From: Octopus bimaculoides
Taxonomy: Eukaryota
DNA length: 63,789 nucleotides
Reading direction: 5' to 3'
Assembly: GCF_001194135.2 (NCBI RefSeq)
Contig: NC_068981.1
Location: 36,788,654 to 36,852,442 of the forward strand
The translations under genes and the position numbers were made by a program. Each line of letters opens with the position of its first letter. Within the stretch, counting starts at the first letter, position 1. The notes beneath the pieces are model-generated. The model had not been told where the DNA came from. It did no database searches and worked only from the letters and a program-made list of their open reading frames with translations. Shown piece after piece: positions 1 to 14,019 of this stretch.

Positions 1-299
1 CACACACACTCACTCACACACACACACACACACACAGAGTCTGTCTCAAGAGAAACTGGTCTTTTAAACGAGTGCACTAGTCTTTTAAACTGACAGCTAG
101 TGTAACATGCAGTATTATGTATGGGTGATCTTCATCTTCAGCTTATCCATATCAAGCCACATCAGTCAGTCATTAATCTACATATGCTAAAGTGAATGAA
201 GGCTTAGTGCCCTTGGAAATTTTTCATATGTAGAACAATGAGAGATTTGAAAGAAGAATGTGCTTGTGTTTGTTTCAAATTGAGAACATTTATGAGAAA

Positions 300-1300
300 A
301 TTTCTAGTTTGTTAATCTTGCCTATGTAAAACGGTACAAACATCTCAAGTTGGCTAGAACATTCACCAAAAAGGATAACATATCTGGATGATGTTCCACA
401 ATAGACAATGATGTTTAGAAAGCAAAAGTATGTGCTGTGATCAGTAAATATTACTTACTGACTGCCTGTGAAGTTTACCATCATCATTTGAAAAAAAAAG
501 AAACAAAGATAGAAGTTGAAAATCCAATGTGCTGCTACAAAATTTATGAACGGAAAGAGAGTCAAGTTGCAATCTGTTTGGAGTTGTCCAGTTGCTTGAA
601 TGCTTATGAAAATTTTCTGTAAATGGTCATAAATGATGACAGGTATCAATACAAAAAAAGATGTCATTGCAATGATTTGGATTATTGTCATTGTAACCAA
701 AAAGCATGTCAAAGTCAATCAAATGTACAGGTGAAATCAGGTCTTGGTTTTTATTGGATGGGCATTTTGCATCATTATTTTGCTCAATGCAGTCCAAGGA
801 TCAATAAAGCGTTTTACTTGGCTTTTCTGGGGTATTTGAGTCAGGCTGTGTGAAGGATAAAGCTCAAAGGCTGGACAAACAAAACTTGAATACTACACCA
901 GAATAATTTTTTATTCATGTCCTTTTTCAAAGCATAAAATGATTTTTATCTCTTAGCCACCCTACTGTCTTGATATTTTCCCCGAAGGTTGAAATTATCT
1001 GTGAAGAGTCACAGATTTCAAACATTACACATGATTGTAGAAAACTGGCTATAATGAATTGCAGGCCACTCTTGAAAACTTGTTCCACACTGCACTTGAA
1101 AACTATACCAATGCTGTGTAGGAAACTGTATATGGACTGCAAAGGAATCCATTCTTAGAACTTTATTATGTATAAAAATGGTAGTAGATGACAGAATCAA
1201 TGGAATTCTGAACCAAAAGCCTTGCAGTAGTTAAGTGCCATATTCATTTGTGTGTAATATGCATTTGTGCATGATGTGTATTTCTAATTATGAGCAACAA
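300..1300 (+). mobile_element. highly decayed piggyBac-like transposase remnant
   Basis: Broken-frame pieces: DVIAMIW..IVIVT (cf. W.DN.VV..S), MGILHHYFAQCSPRINKAFYLAFLGYLSQAV (cf. MGGVD..D...Y....KW+..F..+D.A) and a C-terminal Cys motif VCNMHLCMMCISNYE at about 1250-1295. Many stops; no TIR seen. Confidence 0.45.
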
Positions 1301-1779
1301 AATTCATAAAAAAATTTTCTTGTATATAAGGCACTGATTTTTCTTTAGTATTGCAATGTATAGAAAAAAAAACTAACATTTATTATAAATGTTGCATAAA
1401 GTACAATGAAAAAGTATAAAATACATTATTTAAAAAAGGGGAGTGGGGAATTGAAAGTGACTTTTGAACTTTGCTGGTCTAAGTTTTAAAAGGTAATCTG
1501 CTGTAAAGTCAACATTGTGGAAATTACAAAATCTTGTTCTTTTTTATAGAAAATCTATTGATAATGAACTTAAACAAGTTTATACCCAATTTTGCTATCC
1601 AGTTTGTACAACGATGCACACATTTGTTATTATAAAAGAACAAAGCGTTTTTCATTAAAGCATTAAATTTTTAACTCCACCTCTAACTTCTTTATTAGGC
1701 ATTGTTAAAATTTTGGTCTTTAAATTTTTGTTTTGCACATCAGAAATGCAGGAAGTGGTACCATAATGCAATTAACAAG

Positions 1780-2610
1780 TGTGTTGAAGGAACTATCATG
1801 CAATTTAATGCTGAAAAATTTCAAACATATCACAACAAGGACCTGGAAGGATTGCAGTCATAGTCAATGCGTGACCTAGGAGTAAATGATATTGCTTTTC
1901 ATGTACAAAGTACCAAGATAGTATTGATGTGCTAAAGGCTGGCAAGATGGTGTGAGTTCATTCAGCACAAGAAGGCAAGAAACTATTCTGCTTTGAAGGA
2001 GAACATTTGTCCTAAGCTGTCTAGACTATTGCTCATAACCATGGTTACCAAACTGTATAAAACTAAAAGTAGATCTAGAAGCTGTTCAAAAGTACTACAT
2101 TGAGAAAATGGCCTCAGTGCAACGTTTGAGTTACCAGGAGTGGTAGAAAATGCTAAGATACTGCTCCCTGGAAAGAACTTGAGGAAGACATGCAGGGATT
2201 TAAATATGGAAGATCCTTGAAAGACTAGCTCCAAACTTAGTACTGTAAGCTATACCAATCAATTGAGCTGATTGACACTGCACAATCCTGGAGGTTCCAG
2301 CCACTCCTTCAGAAATCATGAGCACAGCAGCTTAGGGTTCAAAGACCCAATGATCCTCAATGTCTTGTCAGTCAAATTGAGAAAACTACATGGAGTAGGT
2401 ATAAATATATTAAAAAACAACTTGGATACTGTATTATTTGTGATCCAAAATGAACTAGCCTCATGGCAAGAAGTGTATCTGTGGCTAGCAGAATCAAACA
2501 CCCCCATTCACCAAAAGCTAACTACCGAAGAAGAGTTATAGGAATAATATCTATTACATAGGCAGTGCTTTGGCATGGTCACAGCAACTCAGATTGAAAC
2601 AAGTAAATAA
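1780..2610 (+). mobile_element. CR1/L2-like LINE 3' remnant (RT thumb, C-terminus, 3' tail)
   Basis: Frameshifted motifs MRDLGV (atgcgtgacctaggagta), LDYCS, DLEAVQKYY, LSYQE, WKILE.LAPN; ends ggcagtgctttggcatggtcacagc...gaaacaagtaaataaa. Confidence 0.7.
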
Positions 2611-3597
2611 ATATAATGAAAAAGAATAGATGAAAGCAAAAAACGATGTTTCATTGCTATTAATGTTAATTAACATTGCTATTAATGTTAATAGAATTTT
2701 CTGATTAATTAATGTCAATAAATATGAACAAAATTTTGCTGTACTTAGTTTGTCATGGGAAACATAAAATTTAAGCCTTTAATGAGATATAATGAACATT
2801 TAATATATTATTCTTATCAAAGATAAATGTAACATTATTACAGTGATTTAAATTATTCATTACACAACAATTAACTTGGCTAGTAGATGCAATTCATCCA
2901 GTCCTGAATATGGCCATGCACTTGGTGCAGGAAAACCCCCATAATATTTAGTTCTTTAGTATAAAGAGCAACTTGGTTATTAGGTTTAAAAATTTAGAAA
3001 ACTGCACATATCATACCTGAATGAATATGGTGCGTCCTGACCTGAATCCAAATATCGCCAGTATCATCTTTTGCATTTTATCAGCCTGAGTTAATTAAAC
3101 AAACATTAATCAATATATCAGATGAATTTTATCAATCTTACTCGCCATCAGAATTCATTGCTATGCAATAATATTAGAAATCCTTATTATATATAGAAAA
3201 TTTATTTACGAGATAATGTAAAATAAGAGCTGATGCTTAGCAAAAACAATCATATTTATAATAGCTTTCACTATTTTATAATTTTCACATTATCATTCAT
3301 CTGAATCATCCATTGATTCATATGGTAAATACTATATACTGACAGGTAGGATTTAGCTTAACCATAAGTGATGGAGTAATCACTACTGATGAGCTTTAAT
3401 TCCAAGTGCAATTAGCTTGCTCATATACTGACCTCACTTGCTGTGGGGGTGGTTATCTCCCCTGTCAGTACATGAACAATGTGCTTTGAATCTTATTTTT
3501 AGCAATGTAGGTGTTACCCTGCACCGTCAGTCATTATTAGTGACAATTGAATTTTTCCTTTTTGGTTTTATATTGTGTCTAGTCACCTACATTATCT

Positions 3598-3628
<31 letters not shown>

Positions 3629-3632
3629 TAGG

Positions 3633-3870
3633 TGCTGGCGTGACTGTGTGGTAAGAAGCTTACTTCCCAGCCATGTGGTTCCAACTTCAGTCCCACTGTG
3701 TGGCACCTTGGGCAAGTGTTTTCTACTATAGCCTCAAGCTGACCAAAACCTTGTNNNNNNNNNNNNNNNNNNNNNNNNNNNNNNNNNNNNNNNNNNNNNN
3801 NNNNNNNNNNNNNNNNNNNNNNNNNNNNNNNNNNNNNNNNNNNNNNNNNNNNNNNNNNNNNNNNNNNNNN

Positions 3871-3956
<86 letters not shown>

Positions 3957-4146
3957 TCCCCGCACCATTGCTTGACAACCAATGCTGGTGTGTTTATGTC
4001 CCTGTAACTTAGCAGTTTGGCAAAAGATACCAATAGAATTAGTACTAGGCTTACAAAGTCTAAGTCCTGAGGTTGTTTCTTTGACTAAAACCCTTTAAGG
4101 CAGTGCTCTGGTATGGCCTCAGTCAAATGAGTGAAACAAGCAAGAG
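3633..4146 (+). mobile_element. SINE family B (tRNA-type head, internal TA/TG microsatellite)
   Basis: Head gtgtggtaagaagcttacttcccagccatgtggttc...cttgggcaagtg and tail ...gaaacaag; recurs at 5.1, 12.5, 31.0, 38.4 and 55.9 kb. Spans a gap. Confidence 0.8.
3755..3870. other. assembly gap (N run)
   Basis: Run of N followed by (TA)n. Confidence 1.
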
Positions 4147-4199
4147 AATAGAAGAATATACATATATATATATTGATATTTACATGTGTGTGTATGAAC

Positions 4200-4667
4200 A
4201 TTGGCCAACAACTGCTGGAAAATCCTTGAGAGACCCATTTTTGGCATCAAATTGTTTCTGGGAATGAAATGGATCTATTTTCGTAATCCTAACAAGAAAA
4301 ATCATCCATTCCAGCCAGGCTTCAGAATTTGTTGTTAAAGAAGAGCTGTTTGAACAGAAGATCATGTTGTGTGTTTGGTGGAATTTTGAGGGGCTGTTGC
4401 ACTTTGAGCTTGTCCCAGATGGCCATGTTGTGAATGCTAACCTTTATGATCAACAACAGCAGTGGATATATGATACTTTGAAAGTCTGCATTGGTCAATC
4501 GAAGATGTGCATGGCAAACTCCAGCACACTACTAATATGATCAAATGCAAAACTGAGGGTCTGGAAGTATTGCCTCACCTTGCCAGACTTTATATCATTA
4601 GATTACCACCTTTTCTGAGCCATGGTTCATTTCCTGCACCAACAGTGGTTCAACAGTGAGGATGAAC
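4200..4667 (+). mobile_element. decayed mariner (D34D-type) transposase fragment
   Basis: Reads IVSGNEKWIYF-like, KIMLCVWWNFEGLLHFELVPDGHVVNANLY, LEVLPH and DYHLF motifs across frameshifts; abutted by a SINE. Confidence 0.8.
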
Positions 4668-4880
4668 TTGGTGAGCTGGCAGAAACATTAGCATGCTGGG
4701 CGAAAAGCTTAGTGGTATTTTGTCTGTCTTTACATTCTGAGTTCAAATTCTGCAGAGGTTGACTTTGCCTTTCATCCTTTTGGAGTTGATAAATTTAGTA
4801 CCAGTTGCATACTGGGCTCGATCTAATTGACTGGTTCCTTCCCCCCAAATTTCGGGCCTTGAGCCTAGAGTAGAAAAGAA
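4668..4880 (+). mobile_element. SINE family A
   Basis: ggtgagctggcagaa...gagttcaaattc (B-box-like)...gaggttgactttgcctttcatcc; same head at 15.9, 28.7 and 37.2 kb. Confidence 0.85.
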
Positions 4881-5102
4881 TGAGCATAAACTTGAAAACA
4901 GCTGCAGGGGGCTTTTTGTCACTAAACCAACTGCATATTATAAGTATAGAATTGAGGTTCAGACAAAACAATGGCAACAGACAATAGAATATGATGGGAT
5001 ATATTTTGATGAATAAGCACTTTACATTTGTAATTTGTTTGAACTAGTAATTAAAACTTGAAATGCAGAAAAACTTTTGACTTAGTCTGGATACACACAC
5101 AC

Positions 5103-5460
5103 AGGAATGGCTATACACTAAGAAGCGTTTGATTCCCAACCGCATGGTTCTGGGTTCAGTCCCGCTGCATGACACCTTCTACTATAACCTTTGGCCAACA
5201 AAGCCTTGTGAGTGGATTTGGTAGATGGAAAGTGAAAGAGGCCTGTTTTATACATATATATATATATATACATGTCTATATCTATGTGTGTGTGTTTGTT
5301 CCCCTACCACCACTTGCCAACTGTAACTAATAAAATAAGTACTAGGCTTAAAAAATAAGTCCTCAGGTCGATTTGTTTGACTAAAACCCTTTGAGGCAAT
5401 GCTCCAGCATGCTCCAGCATGTTTCAGTCAAATGACTGAAACAAGCAAAAGCATGAAAGA
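5103..5460 (+). mobile_element. SINE family B
   Basis: Similar to 3633-4146 (gttctgggttcagtccc...actaaaaccct...gactgaaacaag). Confidence 0.75.
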
Positions 5461-6129
5461 ATATAGATATATATTTATGTGTGTATGCACATATGTATGT
5501 ATGTTTATGATCTTTAAAATCATTGCATCATATTTCAGTGTTTCTAATCCATCTCGATTCATCCTTATCTTATATCCCCCAACAGGTTTAAATAAGAGAA
5601 TTACTAACAATATACCAAGAATTGTCTCCATATACTGTAAACCCTTCCTTACATATATAACCTTATGTTTTGTCAAAGGAAATCATTATTTAATACATAA
5701 GTTTATATACTTAAACTAAAGTACAGCTTTGAAAATTATACACATATTTCTCTGTTTAAGCAGTCACATTGTTATACAATCATTGGGGTATGTTACTATA
5801 TTAGCACATCTTTAAGTTGTAGTCTTTAGAAACTGAGGTTTATAAGAAAAAAAAACAAACAAACAAAAAAGACTACTTAATCTGATTTCAGCAAATTCAA
5901 TTCATAAGATCAGGAAGTAAAAAATAGAAATGCAAGACTTATATAAAGTTTACTATATGATTTCACTACTTTGAGGTTGCATGAATATCAATGAAGGAAC
6001 CTTCTTTCTTAGAGATTGCCTTGTTCTTTGTTGGATTTTGTAGGATTTTAACAAATAAATAAAGAAGGGATGTATATGTGTTAATCTATACATGCTTCAA
6101 TGCTGCTAAGCCTAGTGCATATATGCACA

Positions 6130-6557
6130 TTCATCATAATTTCATTGTATACATATATAAATATTTTATATATTTTATATCAACACATGCATTTACAAAG
6201 CAGAGACACACGTAAATGCATATATGTATAGACACATATAGACATATTCATGTATGTATGTATGTATGCATGCATGCATGTATGTATGTATGTATACATG
6301 TATGCATGTATATATACATAAACATATATATATAGATAAATATATATATTTGAGAATGTATATATATATGAGTATGTATGTGTATATGAATATGTATGTG
6401 TATATGAGTATGTATGTATATATGTGTGTGTGTATATATATCTATACATATGTATGTATGTGTATATACATATATATATATATATTTATATATATATATA
6501 TATACATATACATACATATATGTATATATACACACATATACATATATATATATATAT

Positions 6558-6602
<45 letters not shown>

Positions 6603-6900
6603 TATCTGTACATATATATACATATACATATGTGTGCATGCAAGTGTATGTAAATGCTTCATCAACATCATCATCATGACATAATCTATATGCAAATGCC
6701 TATAGAAAGAGATAACCTATTTATCATGCACATAAGCATTATGGAGTATTTTACTTGAAGCTTACATATAAATTTGGACATGCATATTATCATAGCCTAA
6801 CAGAAAGTTTCACCTTCTTATTATAGCATCACACACGCACACACACACACACACACACGCACACACACACACACACACAGAAATTATCGTTCACATACAC
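6130..6900. repeat. compound microsatellites (TATG/TA/CA)
   Basis: Visible di- and tetranucleotide tracts. Confidence 0.95.
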
Positions 6901-7343
6901 ACTTGCACATAAACTTGTATATACAAACAAAATCTCACATCCACATGCACACGTATTATCATTGCAGGTTGCAGAGACACATTCTCTAACTGTGAATATA
7001 CATGAATAGGAAATAAGGCTGACAGATATGACTATAGCTGTATATTTCAAAAATTGAGAAAAATATATAAAGTATTTAACCAAATCAAACTATAATAAGA
7101 TTATTTGAATTAAGTGAAAGCTGACGAAGTATTAAGAGTAGTAATGGTAGTCACAAAAATATGGTGATAACAAACAAACAACTCAATGATATTGAAAACC
7201 TAATAATAAGATATCAGATTTTATTTCTATGTGTGTGTATATACATACAAGTATATACTGTAACATGCACACACATATATTATAGATGCACCTACATACA
7301 TGCATATATAACATAGCTATCTTTAGATACATACACATACATT

Positions 7344-7387
<44 letters not shown>

Positions 7388-8196
7388 NNNNNNNNNNNNN
7401 NNNNNNNNNNNNNNNNNNNNNNNNNNNNNNNNNNNNNNNNNNNNNNNNNNNNNNNNNNNNNNNNNNNNNNNNNNNNNNNNNNNNNNNNNNNNNNNNNNNN
7501 NNNNNNNNNNNNNNNNNNNNNNNNNNNNNNNNNNNNNNNNNNNNNNNNNNNNNNNNNNNNNNNNNNNNNNNNNNNNNNNNNNNNNNNNNNNNNNNNNNNN
7601 NNNNNNNNNNNNNNNNNNNNNNNNNNNNNNNNNNNNNNNNNNNNNNNNNNNNNNNNNNNNNNNNNNNNNNNNNNNNNNNNNNNNNNNNNNNNNNNNNNNN
7701 NNNNNNNNNNNNNNNNNNNNNNNNNNNNNNNNNNNNNNNNNNNNNNNNNNNNNNNNNNNNNNNNNNNNNNNNNNNNNNNNNNNNNNNNNNNNNNNNNNNN
7801 NNNNNNNNNNNNNNNNNNNNNNNNNNNNNNNNNNNNNNNNNNNNNNNNNNNNNNNNNNNNNNNNNNNNNNNNNNNNNNNNNNNNNNNNNNNNNNNNNNNN
7901 NNNNNNNNNNNNNNNNNNNNNNNNNNNNNNNNNNNNNNNNNNNNNNNNNNNNNNNNNNNNNNNNNNNNNNNNNNNNNNNNNNNNNNNNNNNNNNNNNNNN
8001 NNNNNNNNNNNNNNNNNNNNNNNNNNNNNNNNNNNNNNNNNNNNNNNNNNNNNNNNNNNNNNNNNNNNNNNNNNNNNNNNNNNNNNNNNNNNNNNNNNNN
8101 NNNNNNNNNNNNNNNNNNNNNNNNNNNNNNNNNNNNNNNNNNNNNNNNNNNNNNNNNNNNNNNNNNNNNNNNNNNNNNNNNNNNNNNNNNNNNNNN
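7388..8196. other. assembly gap (N run)
   Basis: N run between (TA)n and (ATT)n. Confidence 1.
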
Positions 8197-8599
8197 ATTA
8201 TTATTATTATTATTATTATTTAAAAATACTTTTCAAACACTGGCTATCGAATATCATCTTTATAAAATTTAGATTAAAAAATATAGAAACGAAAAGAAAA
8301 CAAACAATAATGAAGTTTTCAGGTTTAAATAGATAATATATTGTAAAATGTATGCTGTGAAATTTAAGAAAAAAAAAAAAAATAACATGATAAATATATA
8401 TTTTTTATAAAGAGAAGGAAGGTCAAAATATTATGAAAATTATTGATCAAAATTTTATGGAAACAGATGCAGAAAAAAATGTTTGAATGGGGGACATTCT
8501 TAAAAAAAAAAATAATCAAAGTTTAATATAGATATCAGCACCAAGATATATTTAATCTTGTAAAGAATATATCATGATCAAGAATATATCATGTCATTG

Positions 8600-9050
8600 A
8601 CAGCATCATCATCGTCATCACCATCATCATCATCATCATCATCCTCCTCCTCCTCATCATCATCCTCATCATCCTCATCAGTAGCAGCAGCAGCAGCACC
8701 AACCTTAATGGCATTCTTATCAACAATATTGCTGGTATGGGTTTGAAAGGTATGCTATACAATATATCATCACCCATCTTACTCTTTTGTCATTACTTCT
8801 GAGAGGGCTTGTGTCATTGGAGAAACCTTATCGTTATCATACCCTCATTATCACTTAATGTCTCTTCCCCACACTGGCATGCATTGGATAGTTTGACAGA
8901 AGCTGGTAAGCTGGAGAGCTGTACCAGGTTCTGATTGTATGTTTTGGCATGATTTCTATGGTTGGATGCTCCTCCTAATGCCAACCACTTTATGAAGTGC
9001 ACTGAGCACTTTTTACATGGCATCAGCACACCAACACGGCACATGGCATT
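8600..9050 (-). mobile_element. (CAT)n/(CAG)n tract plus decayed RTE-type 3' module
   Basis: ggatgctcctcctaatgccaaccac is the reverse complement of the gtggttggcattaggaagggcatcc 3' motif at 17.9 kb. Confidence 0.65.
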
Positions 9051-10305
9051 AGTTCATGTAGGACTCATTCACTTTAAACAACACATGTCAATGTAAGCAA
9101 GCTTCTACATAGTCACTTTCCTGCTAAATACAGTAACCAAATTTCCCTAAAATTACATGCTACTATCTGAAGAAAAAAAAATTAGACATTTGATAATGCA
9201 ATTTTAGATCCCCAAGAAAGGAAGATAAATAAATGGAAGACATTTGATAATAGACCTGTGCAATTAGGGCTGATCTATGGCTAAATGAGAACAACAATCA
9301 GTACAGTGCTGTTTAAAGTCATGGGCACACTAAGCAGGGGCCTAGGGGCCTGATAGGTCTATGTATGCTGTGCTTTGCTGTCAATAAATGTATACTGTAG
9401 GGTCCAATGTATTGATCTGCCCAGGAGCTTATAATGTTATTAAGATGGTTCTGTATAAAGTAATCTTCTTTGCTCACTCTGGCCAGGACATGCCAAGCTG
9501 CATTCTCAACTCAGTTATTTTCCTTTTACTCTGTAAAGTGATTGACACTAGCAAAGGTGTCCAACTATAGAATTCAAGCTAAACTTCTAATTTTTGAGAG
9601 CATTTGCTTCCAAAGAGAGGCAACTCTAAACATAAGAGCTCAACCCATGCCAGCATGGAAAGCAGATGTAAAATGATGATGAAGTGGAGGAGGAAAGATC
9701 ATGCTCACTACATTCCCTTCAACTCTGGCACCTCTGTATTTAATATCCATGTGAAATGTGCATGAGCTCTATTTTATCTATATAAAATTGGCATCTTTTT
9801 TGTCTTGCTTTTATTTGAAGAATTATCATTTTCAGTCATATAGAAAAAGTATGGCCAACAGGTAGAGGGATATTGTGGCAAAGGAGAGACCTGCCCTTGG
9901 GGATAAGGATAGGTTGAAACAACCACTAAAATCTCTACAGCTTAACTTGATATCTTGGGAAAGTTATTGTCTAGATCAATCTACATGGTGTAAAATGTAT
10001 TAAAATGCATCAAATCAATTTGAATTGAAGAAAAAGAACAATAGAAGAATTATATCCTGTAATCAACAAACACATTAGCCCAATCCAAAGTAAAATCAAA
10101 ACCATCATTATTCCCATTGTGACTTCTCAACAAAATCCATTCCTGGACTCAAATTGCATTCATGCATCCATTGGAAATAGATGCAGCTTCTTTTAGTTTT
10201 CATTTAAAAGTTATTTATCTCTTTTCCCACTTTTTTCCTCTTCTACATAAACACTTACATGTCAAAATCGATGGGAGCGACCATCATGATGATATAAGGT
10301 TTGTA

Positions 10306-10355
<50 letters not shown>

Positions 10356-10388
10356 NNNNNNNNNNNNNNNNNNNNNNNNNNNNNNNNN
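10356..10388. other. assembly gap inside (TG)n
   Basis: N run flanked by (TG)n. Confidence 1.
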
Positions 10389-10389
10389 A

Positions 10390-10434
<45 letters not shown>

Positions 10435-11301
10435 ATCTGTATGCACACATCATCATCATCATCATCAACTTTATTGCCATTATCTTTATCAGTTTATATC
10501 TACATTCTATGCTGGCATGTATTAGATGAGTTATCTCAGTCTGTGTCTTATTGAAAGTTATTGCGCTTCTAGATGAGTTTTAAAGGGTTATTTCTTACTT
10601 ATATGTTCCTTGCTTGGTCTGGTTTCTATGACTGAGTGTCCTTCCTATCATCAACTACCTTTCAGAATATACTGGATACATTAATTGTGGTTATGTCATC
10701 GACAAGATGAAAGAGTTATCACAGTTCCACATTCTCTCTTCTCATTCACTAACAATTCTGTTAAGTGTACTGAGTACATTTTATCCTGGCATCAATACTA
10801 AGTGGCTGGATTTGTACCTGATAAGATTAAAGATTCTCATTACATTATGACTGAGAAGGTGGATAGGTGAGCGAGAAATCACAGAAGATAAATCAAACAG
10901 AAGGAAGGGAGTACAGTGCAAGAATATCATGTTAGAAATGGTGATTAAAGTGGGAAAGTGATAGAGGAAGAGTTAGTATGGTAGATACTATTACAGGTGA
11001 GTAAATGGTAAGACTGGATGACAGATGTCAATAACAAGTAGCCTGGTTGTGTGGTAGCACAGGAAGGGTAATGATAGAATGTATGGGTACAAGCAGATCT
11101 GATGCAACCTCTCATACTTTGGCCTCAGTGGGTTAGCAAGGGCTAGAGTGATAATGATGACATAATGTGAGTGTTGGGAAATGAGAGAGAAAGAGATTCA
11201 GTAGCATCCCTAGTTATACTGTAAGCATAGTGCAGAGAAGAGAGATTTACTATCATAATTGGTGATACTGACAGTAAAATACAGTAAAAAGAAGAGAGGG
11301 T

Positions 11302-11356
<55 letters not shown>

Positions 11357-11799
11357 TATTTCACTTAGGCATTGCGATACTAATAACCTGGTGTTAGAAC
11401 TCAATATACATATGCTCCACAATTCATGTTTGAAGCTCTCTGGTGAAGCTGAAGGGTGATATTCAAGCACTCAACTATGAGTGCATTGCATCTTATAGCA
11501 GAAACAGTTGTAAACTAATGGAGTTCATAACATAACTGTTTATTCCTTTGTCATTCCAATTTCTTAAATATATAGATGTTACGGATAGATGAGTTCATAA
11601 CATTAATGGTTGCAAGTATTCATGTCATAATCATGTGTTGCTCTCTAGGACAAAATATCCTAAAAAAATGTTTAGTGCTATGACAAAGCCAGCTTCTGAG
11701 GTATGCAAGGTCACTGGGTGGAAATATTGAAGCCAAAACCCGAATAAGATATGTACTTAATTTTCATATGTATTCTGAAAATACACATGAAGTAAAATC

Positions 11800-12505
11800 A
11801 TTCATTCAGAATACAATTTTAAAAGCTTGATTTGACAATGAATGCAGAAGGGCTAGAATACGAAATAAGCTTTTTCAGTAAATTAGTTAAGTGTAAAACT
11901 CCTGTGAAGGAGTATGTTTGTGCTAGCAATGTGCAACCACAATTAAGCAGTGAGTCAGATGAAAAAATATACAAGTCTAAACTGTGAAAACAGTTGACAT
12001 GCAACAAGCTTAACAGCAGGATGTGGCAGAACAAATTCTCTTTCTACTTTGACATCCCTATTATTGTATACAATGAAACTGCATATGGCAATGCAATGAC
12101 ATATGGCAATTATGTTGTTTGTTTCTCATATATTTTTTCATAAAGTTTTCCAAACAAAAAAAATTATTGTGATAACAAAAGATAACAAAAATACCATTAG
12201 ATAAATGGAAATTCTCTCAAAAGAGAAGGAAAGACTGTTTAATAACCTTGCTTAGAATGGTTAGTAAGGTAATGGATCAACTGTGCACAAAAAAGGAACA
12301 AAAATAGACAAAACAAAACTACTATAAGCTTATTTTCTTAGAAATCATTTCACATCAAGCAAAAAATATGGTTTCCTTAGAAACAGCTACAAACTCTCAT
12401 GCTATTTTTTCTCATATTAAGGATAGTTATCTTGACATGGGTCAAGAATAATGTGCAATAGCTCTGGACATTAAAAGAGCTTTTAACAAAGTTTGGTACA
12501 ATCAA
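11800..12505 (+). mobile_element. decayed CR1/L2/Jockey-type LINE RT fragment
   Basis: A.FDNECRRAR inter-domain motif, then (Q)YGF and AIALDI.RAFNKVW (cf. LDI.KAFD.VWH). Confidence 0.65.
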
Positions 12506-12509
12506 GCAC

Positions 12510-12688
12510 AAGCATCGCTGCATGGTTAAGTTCGCTTGGCAATCAGGCAATTACAGTTTTGATTCCATGTATGCTACCTTGGGCAGGTTTCTTCCCCCAT
12601 AGCCTTAAGCTGACCTATACTTTATGAGTATAATTTGGTTGGCAGAAAATGTGGTGAAGCTCAATGTGTATGTATGTATGTGTGTGTG

Positions 12689-12690
<2 letters not shown>
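12510..12690 (+). mobile_element. SINE family B, 5' part
   Basis: catggttaagttcgctt...accttgggcagg...atagcc similarity to other copies. Confidence 0.55.
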
Positions 12691-12735
<45 letters not shown>

Positions 12736-12783
12736 ATGTAGTATGTATGTATGTATGTATGTATATATGACTATACACACACA

Positions 12784-13960
12784 TTAGGGTGTTCAGAAAC
12801 TAATTGCGTTTTTTTCACCACTATGAAATACAGATCAACCATTCACATCAGAGACAAGATCAAATGAGCAGAAACTACATAGAAATAGTATATCATCTCC
12901 TCTATCTGGCAGTATGTCATTCATGGTTATTTTGGTAATTAACCTCATGGACCACAAGAACTTTATGAAACAAAGTATTCACCATTGCTTTCTGTATGAA
13001 TTTTTGAAAGAAAAGTATCACTACAAAAGCAGTGAAAAAAATTTGTGAAGTGTATTCAGATGCAGTGAAAGGTCGTACATGTCAGTTGTGGTTTAAAAGG
13101 TTTAAAGATGGCGATTGTGAAATATCCAACAAGCCTTGCTCTGGAAAACGACCCACTCTGAATGATGACCTTTTGAATGAGACTACTGTATCAGATCCAC
13201 GTCAAAGCACCAGAGATTCAGCACAAAAAATTACTGTATCATGTTCAACTATCCATGAACATCTCAAGCAAATTGGGGAAAACATGCAAAGAGGGAATTT
13301 GAGTTCCATATGTACTTACACATGAGACCCAAACACAATGTCCAACCATCTATAGCAGAGTTCGAACCAGGAATAACAACCTGTCATTTCTGCAGTGCTT
13401 TGTTATAGGTGATGAAAAATAGGTTTTGCATCACAACAGAAATCAAAAAAGAGACATGGTTATCATGTAGTGAGAGGCCAGTGTTAACACCAAAACCATA
13501 ACTCCATCCACAAAATTCTTTGCTCTAGTGGAGCATGAAAGTAAGGACCATTAATGCAGATGTCTATTGCCAGCAACTTGATCATGGAAATGAAAAATGA
13601 CATCGAAAGTAGCCAGCTTTGGTAAAGAGAAAAGGAGTCGCTCTCCAGCATGACAATGCATGACCCTATTCTTCAAAACAAACCCAAGAAAAAATAAGAC
13701 CGTCAGGATGGGAAGCTCTTTCACATTCTCCATACTCACCTGACTTAGCACCTATGGATTTCCATCTGTTCCAGTATCTAGAACATTTTATAAGAGGCAA
13801 AACATCCAGAAACAGAGAGGAAGTTGAAAACAGTCTTTCAGACATTTTTCAAGAAAAGAAATACTTTTCTTTGAATATGGTTTAAAAAAAAATTACTTTC
13901 GAAGTTGGGTTGCAGTTGTTGAAAACACTGGTGATTATATTCTCAATTAAAACTATTCAG
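12784..13960 (+). mobile_element. near full-length decayed mariner (D34D)
   Basis: Putative left TIR ttagggtgttcagaaactaattgcg; HTH region (TCQLWFKRFKDGD, ORF 13032-13325), (I)GDEK, LQHDNA, GWEAL.HSPYSPDLAPMDFHLF. Stops and frameshifts; right TIR not found. Confidence 0.9.
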
Positions 13961-14019
13961 ATAAATGTAGTTTACATTCATTTTTATATTATGCGTAAGT
14001 GGGCTGGCTACATCCCTGG

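Noticed and set aside
3380-3420. ctgatgag hammerhead half-core
   Set aside because: No GAAA or stem partners at a suitable distance.
3501-3599. Possible TM-coding exon NVGVTLHRQSLLVTIEFFLFGFILCLVTYIIL after ttatttttag
   Set aside because: Hydrophobicity is explained by T-richness, the donor runs into (TA)n, and I found no in-phase linking exon.
6180-6695. Many overlapping ORFs of YI/HT/CV repeats (also at 10.2, 14.6, 21.0, 23.6, 46.3, 47.0 and 50.4 kb)
   Set aside because: They are translations of TA/CA/TG microsatellites, which are stop-free in several frames.
7286-8272. Longest ORFs in the track (also 3628-4033 and 42738-43752)
   Set aside because: They are open only because they span N gaps.
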